From contig NZ_CP065581.1 in the NCBI RefSeq assembly GCF_018389705.1, forward strand, positions 540,001 to 572,000: a DNA stretch of 32,000 bases. Direction: 5' to 3'. Source of the DNA: Mycoplasma mycoides subsp. capri. GTDB lineage: Bacteria; Bacillota_I; Bacilli_A; Mycoplasmatales; Mycoplasmataceae. Numbering within the stretch: the first letter of the stretch is position 1; each line of letters opens with the position of its first letter. A program made the translations under genes and the position numbers. The notes beneath the pieces were generated by a model that had not been told where the DNA came from, made no database searches, and saw only the letters and a program-made list of their open reading frames with translations. Shown piece after piece: positions 9,732-19,300 of the stretch.

Positions 9732-10121
9732 TTGAATAAAAATAAGAAAATATTATCTAATAATTCAAAAATAAGTACAAGCCCCAAGCTTTTCAAAAAA
9801 GATATTTTTTTCAAAATTGCAATTGTACATAAATTGGATAATGGGTTTGATTTTAAATCATTAACAATTGAAGGTATAAAAGAATTTCATAATTTTATAA
9901 ATGAAATTTTAAATAAAAAGATGACCATTTCTCAAGTAGAAAATTTATATATGAGAAAGACTTCAAATCCATTTAATAATAGAACTGTAGATCAGCAAAT
10001 TGAAATTCGTGAAATCCATTTAGGAAAAAATAGACAACCTTTTAGATTATTTGGTTATTTTAATGATGATAATTATTTTGTATTAACTAAAATAGATCCT
10101 AATCATCTTTTTCATGAATAA
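9732..10121 (+). CDS. Orphan 129-aa protein, candidate cognate toxin of the Panacea-domain gene
   Basis: Track ORF with a TTG start 2 nt after the upstream TAA stop. GGTGA (9721-9725) provides a Shine-Dalgarno 6 nt upstream. There are no Trp and no TGA codons. The C-terminus IREIHLGKNRQPFRLFGYFNDDNYFVLTKIDPNHLFHE loosely recalls the RelE/ParE/Gp49-type C-terminal beta core. The start codon is uncertain; the next in-frame ATG is at 9921. Confidence 0.6.
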   Translation: MNKNKKILSNNSKISTSPKLFKKDIFFKIAIVHKLDNGFDFKSLTIEGIKEFHNFINEILNKKMTISQVENLYMRKTSNPFNNRTVDQQIEIREIHLGKNRQPFRLFGYFNDDNYFVLTKIDPNHLFHE

Positions 10122-10187
10122 TTTATAAAATAAATTTTATATCAAAATTTTTACTAATAAATATTAAAAAAACTAGTAATCAATAGA

Positions 10188-10230
10188 AAAAATAGTGTTA
10201 TTTAGATTTAATTCTATTAACACTATTTTT
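10188..10230. terminator. Bidirectional-type rho-independent terminator after the two-gene cassette
   Basis: A 13-bp perfect inverted repeat AAAAATAGTGTTA / TAACACTATTTTT (10188-10200 / 10218-10230) with a 17-nt loop. An A-tract lies upstream and a T-tract downstream. Confidence 0.55.
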
Positions 10231-10426
10231 ATTTTGTTTAATATCTAATATAATGTGTTTTTAAGCAAGTATAAGTTGTTTAAAAATATCAAATAAAATT
10301 ATCTCATTTAAAAGTTTATTTTTTAGAATTTTTATCAAAAACCATAGAGTTTTTATACACTAGTTTATTTTGTTATTTTTTAAAATAATATAATATAAAT
10401 GTGTTATATAAAGGAGTTATTAATTA

Positions 10427-13393
10427 ATGTTATTTTTAAAGCAAATTAGAGCCAGTGGGTTCAAATCATTTGCCGATCTTACAGTAATGGATTTTAATTA
10501 TGACATGACTGGGGTAGTTGGTCCAAATGGATCTGGAAAGTCAAATATTACTGATGCAATTAGATGAACTTTAGGAGAACAATCAACTAAAACTTTACGT
10601 GGAAGTAAAATGGATGATATTGTTTTTAGTGGAAACAATGAAAAAAAGGCAGCTGATGTTGCTGAAGTAACATTAGTTTTTAATAATACTCATGAAAACT
10701 TTTCATCAATCAAAAGTGATGTTGTTGAAATTACTCGTAAATTTGACAAAAATACTAGAGAAAGTGAATTTTATATTAATTCTACTAAATGTAAATTAAA
10801 AGATGTTCAATCTATTGCTTTAGAAGCTGGATTGACTAGATCAAGTATTGCTATTATTTCTCAAGGAACTGTTGCTAATTTTACTGAATCAAAACCTGAA
10901 ACTAAAAGAGAAATTTTTGATGATGCAGCTGGGGTAAGCAAGTATAAAAAAAGAAAAAAAGAAACATTATCAAAACTAGAAAAAGCAACTGAAAACTTAA
11001 CAAGACTAGAAGATATTGCAAAAGAAATTTCAAGAAGATTACCAAATTTAGAACGTCAATCTAAAAAGGCTTTAGAATATCAACAAAAAGTAAATGAACT
11101 AAAAAATATAGAACTATATATCTTAACAAAAGATCTAAAGGTTTTAGTTAACAGAATTGAAGAATTAAGAGTAGAAAAGATTGAATATGAAACTCAAATT
11201 AAAAAATTAACAAACGAAATTAATATGAGTCAAGAAGAAGTTAATTTAATTATTGATAAAGATTCAGAAGATAATCAAAAATTAGGTGAACTTAATTCTA
11301 AATTTAATTCAATAGTTGAAAAAATTGCTAATTTAAAAGTAAGAAAACAAAAAGCAGAATTTAAAGAACAAGAAAATCTTAACACAAAAGACCAAGATGA
11401 ATATAAAGCTGCTTTAATAAAAAAACAATTTGATGAAAAACAAATTAGTATAAAATCAGAAAAAGATAAGTTAACTAAAGCAGAAAATTCATTATTAGAA
11501 TTAAAAGATAAATACGACTATTATTCAAATAAATATAATGAAATTTATAGAGAAATTGAAACTATAAGAACAACAATTTCAAGAATTAGTATTCAAATTG
11601 AAGCAATAGAACATAATAAAAAAGCAGCGTTACAATCATATCAAGATGGAGTAAGCGCTATTTTAAATAATCAAAAACAAATTGGTGGAGTTGTTGGTGT
11701 TTTAAAATCACTTATTAATGTAAAAGAAGAATATCAAATTGCTATTTCAGTAACTGCTAGTGGTCATATGAATTCATTAGTTATGAAAACTGATCAAGAT
11801 GTTAAAAAAGCAATTGAATTTTTAAAGAAAAACAATAATTTAGGTAGAGTAACATTTTTACCACTAAATACTTTAACTCCTAATTTAATCAATCCAGTAC
11901 AAAGACAAATACTAGAAAAAAGTGAAGGATTTGTTGGATTTGCAAATGAACTAGTAGAATATTCAGAAACTATTTCAAAAGCAGTTGAATATGCTTTAGC
12001 AAGTATTATTGTTGTTCAAAGTTATGATGATGCTATTAACTTAGCAAAAAATACTAATTTTAGATTTAATATAGTTTCACTTGATGGACAAAGAATTTTA
12101 CCACATGGAGCTATTGTTGGTGGTTCAACTAGAAATGCTAATATTTTTACAAAACAAAATACACAAAATCAAGATAATAATTTAGAAGAATTAAAAAATA
12201 AAATTGAATTATTAGAACAAAAAGAAATTAGTAAAACTAAAGAAATAACTGAATATAAAACAGCAAATGATAGTTTAAGAGATCAAATTAACGATTTAAA
12301 TGGAACTATTAGAAACGCTAAAAATAACTTATTTAATTGAACTGAAAATTTAAAAGAGTTTTCAGATGAACATAAAAGTTTAACAGGAAGAGATTTATTT
12401 ACTGGTGTATATAGCAAGTCAGATGAATCTGAATCAATAATTTTAGCAAAACAAATTTCAGAACTTGAAATTCAAAGAGATGAAATTCAAATTGAAATTA
12501 ATTCAATTTCTTTTAAACGTACTCAAAGTATGGAAAAACAAAAAGAAATGAATTCTAAAAACAGTAAAAAAAGAGATGAATTGGATGAACTAAAAACTCA
12601 TGCTGGATCAATCAATACTGAATATAATGTTTTATTACAAAGAAGAATTACTATAATTGATCGTTTATCTAATGGATATCAAATTACTGAAGAAACTGCA
12701 TTAACAATGGAAGTTGAAAATATTGAAGATGAAGAAGTTGCAAGAGAAAGAATAATCGAACTAACAACTTATATTCAAAATATTGGTAATGTTAATATGG
12801 ACGCTATTGAAGAATATAAAAATGAAAAAGAGCGTTTTGATTATTATGATCAACAAATAAAAGATATTTATGATGCTAAAGAAAAACTAGAAAGCATTAT
12901 TTTAGATATTGATATTGCAATGGAGTCTCAATTTAAACAAATTATTGAAGATGTTAATAAAGCTTTACCAGATGTTTTTTCAAAAATGTTTGGTGGAGGT
13001 TATGCAGAATTAATTTATACAGATCCAGACAATATTTTAGAAACTGGAATTGATATTAAAATTTTTCCACCAGGTAAAAAAATTACAAACTTAAATTTAT
13101 TATCTGGAGGAGAAAAGTCTTTAGTTGCTTTATCAGTATTATTTGCAATTTTAAAAGCAAGACCTTTACCATTAGTAATTTTAGATGAAGCTGAAGCTCC
13201 TTTAGATCCAGTTAATGTTGAAAGATTTGCAAGATATGTAAGACAATTTTCACATAACACTCAATTTATTATTGTTACTCATAGAGAAGGAACAATGACT
13301 CAATGTGATTCATTATTTGGTGTAACAATGCAAACTAAAGGTATTACTAAAATCATTAACGTTAAATTAGTTGAAGCTAAAAACTTACACTAA
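10427..13393 (+). CDS. smc: Chromosome partition protein Smc (988 aa)
   Basis: ATG at 10427 follows AAGGAG (10411-10416). The N-terminus is MLFLKQIRASGFKSFADLTVMDFNYDMTGVVGPNGSGKSNITDAIRW(TGA)TLGEQS. Track ORFs 10610..12340 and 12530..13393 share this frame, and the gap is open. The gene has long coiled coils, a hinge, and a C-terminal LSGGEKSLVALSVLFA...LDEAEAPLD. Confidence 0.93.
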
Positions 13394-13403
13394 TTTATAA
13401 AAT

Positions 13404-13429
13404 AAAATCCGGAGGTCCCGGATTTTTTA
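13404..13429. terminator. GC-rich bidirectional terminator between convergent smc and relA
   Basis: AAAATCCGG-AGGTC-CCGGATTTT, flanked by A-rich sequence on the left and T-rich sequence on the right. It lies between the smc stop (13393) and the relA stop (13430). Confidence 0.7.
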
Positions 13430-15694
13430 TTATTTAATTTTTTGGTTTGAAATTCCTCTTTCAACTCCATTAATACCAGGAATTGATCTTAAAGCTGAAA
13501 TTGTTTGTGTTAACTGATTGCTGTTTTTAATTTTAATAGTAATTACTCCACTTGATAATAAAGATTTTTCATCTGTAAAAATATTTGCATTAATAATTGA
13601 TACTTTTAATCCAGAAATAATTTTACTTATATCATAAAGTAGTTTGTTTCTATCAATACCAAAATATTTTAATTTAGTAGTATATGTATTTTTTTCAGCA
13701 ACAGCTTCATTTCATTGTACAACTACTAATCTTGATTTCATATTAGTTCAATCAATATTTATACATTCTTTTAAATGTACTTTAATTCCATTATTTTTAG
13801 TAACAAATCCAACAACCTCTTCATAAGGAATTGGCATACAACAACTAGCTAAAGTAGTTTTAATATTTTTAATACCATCAACTAAAATATCATTTTTAAT
13901 AGTAGTATCATAAATGATTTTTGATTTAATACTTGCATAAGCTTCATCATCTTTTGAATAGTTTTGTTTAATAAAAACTTTTTCAGCAGCTTCATTAATT
14001 GTAAATTCACCTTTAGCTACATCTAATAAAAAATCATTTAGTGAATTATAGTCCATTGTTTTAACTGTTTCTAATATTTCATCAGCTGTTTTTTTCTTTC
14101 ATTTTCAATCTTTTTGATTAATATAAGCATTAATATTAGCTTCAGTTTTTCTAATTAATTCTTTTTGTTGGTCTTTTTTATCTAATGTTTCTTCATTAAT
14201 TTTCTTTTGTAAATATTTTTTAATTCTATTTCTAGCATTTGAAGTAACAACGATTTTTAATCACTCATGAGTTGGTTCTTGTTTTGGTGAAGTTTTGACT
14301 TCAACAACTTCTCCAGATTTTAAAACAGTATTGATTGGTAAAAATACTCCATCAACTCTTGCACCAATTGTCTTTTCACCAATTTCAGTATGAATTCTAT
14401 AAGCAAAATCTAAAACAGTTGATCCATAAGGTAAAGTAATTACAGCTCCATTTGGAGTTAAAACATAAATAGAAGCGGTAAATAAATCATCTTTAATTGA
14501 TTGTTCAATTGATGATTGTTGATCTTCAGATTTATCTAAATCTAAAATACGACTAAAAATATCAATTTTTTCATCAATTTCTTTTTGCTTTTTAGCAATA
14601 TCAATAATTTCTCCTTCTTTATATCTTCAATGAGCAGCAGCTCCAGTTTCAGCAACTTGATTCATTTCTTCAGTTCTTATTTGAACTTCAAAAATATTTC
14701 CATTTGCATCAGATAAAGTAGTGTGAAGTGATTGATAAACATTATTTTTAGGTGTTGCTATATAGTCTTTAAATTTTCCAGCTAAAGGAATGTATTTTTG
14801 ATGAATAAAACCTAGGATTTTATAACAATCATCAATAGATTTTGCAATAATTCTAATTGCTAAAAGATCTGAAATCTCTTCAAAATTCTTACCAATTACA
14901 TTCATTTTTCTATAAATAGAATAAATAGTTTTAGGTCTTCCAAAAATACTAATTATTTTAATATTTTTTTCTTTTTTTAAATATTGTTCTAAATTAATAA
15001 TGATTTCATTAATAATTTGTTGACGATTTTGCATATCACTATTAAATAAATCAGTGATTTTTTTAAATTCTTGTGGATTTAAAATTTCAAATGATCTATC
15101 TTCTAATAGTGACTTAGCACTTTTCATTCCAATTCTATGAGCAATTGCTGAATAAATTTCTAATGTTTCTTGAGCAATAATTTTTTGTTTTTCAGGACGT
15201 AAATTTTTAATAGTATAAATATTGTGCAATCTATCAGCAATTTTAATAATAATTACTCTAATATCTTTTGACATTGATAAATAAAGTTTTCTTAAGTATT
15301 TAGATTTAATTTGCTGACGATTTTCTTTTGCAAAAAAACTTACTTTAGTAACTGATTCAACTAAATTAGCAACTTCTTCATTAAAAAGTTCTACAAGTTC
15401 TTCTTTTTGAATAGGAGTATCTTCTAAAATATCGTGTAATAATCCAGCAATAATAGTGTTAGGACCCATTCTTCACTGAGCTAAATAATAAGCAGCAGAT
15501 AGTGGATGATAAATATAAGGATCGCCATTTTTTCTAGTTTGATTAAAATGACATTTAAACGCATATTTATAAGCTTGTTCAATACGTTCTAATTCACTTT
15601 TATTTTTAATATATTTTTTTAATTCATTTAATAAATCTTTAAAATCTTTGATTTCACGATAATCAAAAGATATATAATTATATTTATTATGCAT
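13430..15694 (-). CDS. relA: Bifunctional (p)ppGpp synthetase/hydrolase, RelA/SpoT (Rel) homologue (754 aa)
   Basis: Track ORFs 15473..15694, 14627..15469 and 13748..14056 share a frame. I walked codons from 13748 down to the TAA at 13430-13432 and found no TAA or TAG. The HD hydrolase motif is HPLSAAYYLAQW..GLLHDILEDT. The synthetase region is RPKTIYSIYRKM...YQSLHTT...EVQIRTEEM. TGS and ACT-like regions lie at the C-terminus. Confidence 0.92.
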
Positions 15695-15719
15695 CCTATC
15701 ACATCCTTATATTAGAATA

Positions 15720-15725
15720 ATTATA
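15720..15725 (-). promoter_or_regulatory. Possible -10 box (TATAAT) for relA
   Basis: TATAAT on the minus strand lies 26 nt upstream of the relA ATG and abuts the apt terminator T-tract. A chance match is quite possible in this composition. Confidence 0.25.
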
Positions 15726-15755
15726 AAAAAATAAAGACAAAAAGTCTTTATTTTT
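15724..15755 (-). terminator. Rho-independent terminator after apt
   Basis: Stem ATAAAGAC / GTCTTTAT (15731-15738 / 15744-15751) with a 5-nt loop. It is flanked by an A-run (15725-15730) and a T-run, so it reads as hairpin plus U-tract on the minus strand. Confidence 0.55.
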
Positions 15756-15776
15756 AATGTTTTATCATCACTAATT

Positions 15777-16289
15777 TTAGTATTTAATTAATTTTTGTAC
15801 TTTGTATTGATCAAATAAATTTGCATCATGTAAGAATGTTAAATCAATTAAAAATGACATTCCAATTACTTCTGCTTTACTTAATTTAACTAAATCAATA
15901 ATCGCTTGCATAGTTCCACCAGTAGCTAAAACATCATCAATAACAACTACTTTATCATTTGGTTTTAAATCTCCAACATGAATTTGTTGATGATTTGTAC
16001 CATATTCTAAACTATATTCAACATCATAAACTTCTCTTGGTAGTTTATTTGGTTTTCTAACTAGAACAAATCTTTTATTAGCAGCATAAGCTACAGCTGA
16101 TGCTAATAAAAATCCTCTAGCTTCAGGAGCTACAACTACATCAACATCTAATTTTTTTACAAAATCAGCCATTTGATCAACTGTATATTTAAATGCATCC
16201 TTATTGTTTAATAATGGGGTTATATCTTTAAAAACAATTCCTTGTTTTGGAAAATCTTTAACATCAACTACAAACTCTTTTAAATTCAT
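15777..16289 (-). CDS. apt: Adenine phosphoribosyltransferase (170 aa)
   Basis: Intact track ORF. The PRPP-binding motif is VVVIDDVLATGGT, and FKDITPLL is typical of Apt. Confidence 0.95.
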   Translation of the reverse strand: MNLKEFVVDVKDFPKQGIVFKDITPLLNNKDAFKYTVDQMADFVKKLDVDVVVAPEARGFLLASAVAYAANKRFVLVRKPNKLPREVYDVEYSLEYGTNHQQIHVGDLKPNDKVVVIDDVLATGGTMQAIIDLVKLSKAEVIGMSFLIDLTFLHDANLFDQYKVQKLIKY

Positions 16290-16300
16290 ATTCTGCCTTT

Positions 16301-19300
16301 CTAGTCATTAATTCCATTAATGATTTGTTCTTCTTGATTTATTTTAAAGTTTTGAACATAGTATCTATATCCTAAAACATATATCATACGTTTTTTTTCT
16401 AATCAAATTCAAATTGGTAAAGCTATAAGTAGTGAAACTAAACTAGCTATTAAGATTCCAATAATAATAGTTAATCCCATTCCAATTATTGCATACAACC
16501 CAAATGATAAAATGATCGCATATGCTAAATAAATTACTGTTATTAAAACTGTTCTAGTTATACCAAATTTAAAGACATTAATAAAAGTTTCTTTTAAAAA
16601 GGCATTATTATTAGCAATTAAATCAATTTCAATTTTTGTATGTTTTTTATGGTGTTTTAAGATGTTTTTATTTTCTTTAATTTTTAATTTGAAATCTTTA
16701 TACATACTATTATCTTTTTTATTAAAACGCAATTTGATATTTTGTTTTAATTTAAAAAAGATTTTAGATCATCAAGATTTAATATTGTTTTGTTCTATTT
16801 GTTGTTTAATTAAATTCTTTTTATTAGTTTTATATTCAACTCTTAATTGATGATTTTTTTCATGTACTTGATGTCTAGTAGCTTTTTTGTTTGAAAAGGC
16901 CATAATTTCTTTTTCAAACATTTCAGTAAATGTTTTATTATCTTTAGATTTAATAATAGATTTACCTTTTCCTAAAAATAATACACAAGTTATAATAGTA
17001 AAGCTTAATACAGCTAAAATAGCACTTAAAATTTCAATTCCAACTGGTACTCTAAAAATAACTACTAGTGAACTTACTAAAACTATTACTAAGACTAGTG
17101 TTAAAGCTAAAGCAACAAAATAAGTTCATTTAAATCTAATTAAAATATAAACTAATAAAGCTAATAATGTAATTGCAAATATAATTGCTATATTTTTAAT
17201 TTCACCATAAGCAGTGTATGGAACATTTATTAAATTAATTATTCCATTAGCTGAACTATTATCATCATGATCATATTTAATAGATAAATCAGGATTTTGT
17301 AAATTATCTTTAACAAGTAATTTTTCAAAAATACTAATTATTTTATTATCTTGGGCATTAATAATATTAAATCCAACATAAGCTAATTGTTTATGATCAA
17401 GATTTAAACTATTAGTATCAATAAAATCATAACCATAATCAACATCAACACTAGCTCTAAAATACTTATTATAAGAAACTGGATTTTTTCATAAACTTAC
17501 ATAGTTTTTCTTAACAATTTCTTTATATATATTACCAACAACATAACTAGCTCATTGGTTTTTATCACTAGGTTTAGTTAAATTAGAATAATCAACTTTA
17601 AACTTAGATTTCATGTAAGCATCTTGACTATTTTTAACTTTTTCAAGATGTTCACCCATACTAATGATATCTTTTCCTCTTTTTGTAGATGGATCAAATT
17701 GTTTGTAGTTTCTGATTGCTTCATCTAAATTATCATAAATATCATTAATTTTTTGTCCATAAGCAATTACTGAATAACTTTTTCCAAAACTTGAGTTATA
17801 ATTTGGACCAATTGTAATTCCAATAATAGCTCCTAAAAAAGTACAAATAATAAAAATAATTGTAAAAATTTTATTAATTTTAAAAATTCTTCTTTGTTTA
17901 TTTTTATTTTCTAAAGTTTCTAGAACCTGACTTGAAGTATTTGAATTAATTCTTGCTTGTAAAAATTCTTGTTTTATTAAACTATTTTTAATTGATGATT
18001 TAGTAAATGAATTTTTATTAATTATTTTTTGTTTTTTATTTTCAAGTTTTAATAAATACTTGTTTTTTATTTCTTCAGATTTTTTCTTTTTTAAGATTTT
18101 TGCTTTTTTAGCATTATTGATTTGTTCTTGTTTGTTTAAATAAATTTCATATTTATTTTCAAGTTTTAATAAACGTTTATTTACTAGTTCTAAATTGTGT
18201 TGATCTTTTTTAAGCTGTTTTAACTTTTTATTAGTAATAATTTGTTCTTGTTTATTTAAGTAAAAATCATATTTATCTTTGAATTTTTTTAGTTTAGCTA
18301 AATCTTTTGTAGTTAATTTAGTTTTAGTGTTTAAATTTTCAATTCTTGATAAATAAAAACTTAACATTAAATCATTAAATCAAGTTGATTGACTATTTTT
18401 AATAGTATTTAAAGGTAATAATCAAGGATATTTTGTAAATAATTTAGCTTTTAAAACTAGTCAAGTTAATAAACGTAAACCTAAAATTACAAATAAAATA
18501 ATTATTAATATATTAATAACACTAATTGTTGCTAGATTTTTTAAAGCCCCAGACCCAAAGATAAATAACAACACACTAGGAATTAAAATAATAAATGAAG
18601 TATCTAAAGAAATAGGTAAAGTATCTTTATTACTAATTTTAAATGATGATTCTGGTGATAATTTTTCTTTATAAATATGAGTTTTTAAATTTTCAAAATA
18701 AATAATACTTGCATCTAATATTAAACCAATACCAACAAACATTATCATAAAGATTTCAGGACCAATTGCCATGTTAAAAATAATTGGAACAAACATTGTA
18801 AGTGATGCTGAAATTGCAGCAAGAATTATTGCAAACAATCCTAATAATCTGTATGAAAATAACATAAATACTAGAACTGCTAAAGCTAAAATCACTAAAC
18901 AAGCTAAAGTAATAATTAACATTATATTAGTAATATCAGCACTAAATTCTTTAATTGATAGAACTTTAAATGTGAATCCTAATGAAGTTTGTAAAATATC
19001 AGATTCAACTTGTTTTGCCATTGTATTACTTCATACAGGAATATAAAGTTTGGTTGTTTGAGTTTTTCTATCTGTAACAATAGCAGGATTAGTTGTAACT
19101 ATTCTAATATTTTCTGGTGATATTTGATTATTATGTAATAAGATATTATTTCTAAATAAATTTTGATCTAAATTTTTATTAACAATATGATTTTTATCAG
19201 TAGTATCTTTTTTAAATAAAATTTCAGTCATTAATATTTTTATTAAAGAATTTGAAACTTTATCAATATAATCTAATTCTATATCTTGAGAAGTAGAATT

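Noticed and set aside
9921-10121. ATG at 9921 as the true start of the second cassette ORF (a 66-aa product)
   Set aside because: This start would leave about 190 nt of open, stop-free frame unexplained and lacks an obvious Shine-Dalgarno. TTG at 9732 has GGTGA 6 nt upstream and the typical stop-start coupling. It is kept as an alternative to test, but not preferred.
9215-10359. Shared ACCATAG...TTATACA strings on both sides of the cassette (9215-9236 and 10341-10359) as possible att-like direct repeats or a duplicated promoter
   Set aside because: Only two 7-mers match, with different spacing (8 versus 5 nt). At this A+T content such matches are expected by chance. There is no adjacent integrase or recombinase and no tRNA target. 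This is insufficient evidence for a mobile-element boundary.
10226-10394. Sigma-70 promoter calls for smc (TATAAT at 10249-10254 and 10389-10394)
   Set aside because: Neither has a convincing -35 box at 16-18 nt spacing (TTGTTA at 10370-10375 gives only 13 nt). TATAAT-like hexamers are abundant in this composition, so this is not reportable without 5'-end data.
13015-13260. 81-aa minus-strand ORF inside smc
   Set aside because: It is antisense to the conserved Smc C-terminal ATPase region (LSGGEKSL...). It shows no recognisable motif or start context and is most likely a shadow ORF.
13644-13826. 60-aa plus-strand ORF opposite the relA C-terminal region
   Set aside because: It is antisense to the continuous RelA/SpoT frame that I walked codon by codon. 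It has no independent support.
16662-17123. Two plus-strand ORFs (16662..16850 and 16887..17123) opposite secDF
   Set aside because: Both lie within the uninterrupted 1384-aa SecDF frame on the other strand. Their translations are low-complexity Leu/Ile/Phe/Lys strings, as expected for the reverse complement of Lys- and Ile-rich coding sequence.
18771-19046. 91-aa plus-strand ORF opposite the SecD TM domain
   Set aside because: It is an antisense shadow of a strongly supported membrane domain, with no RBS or motif.
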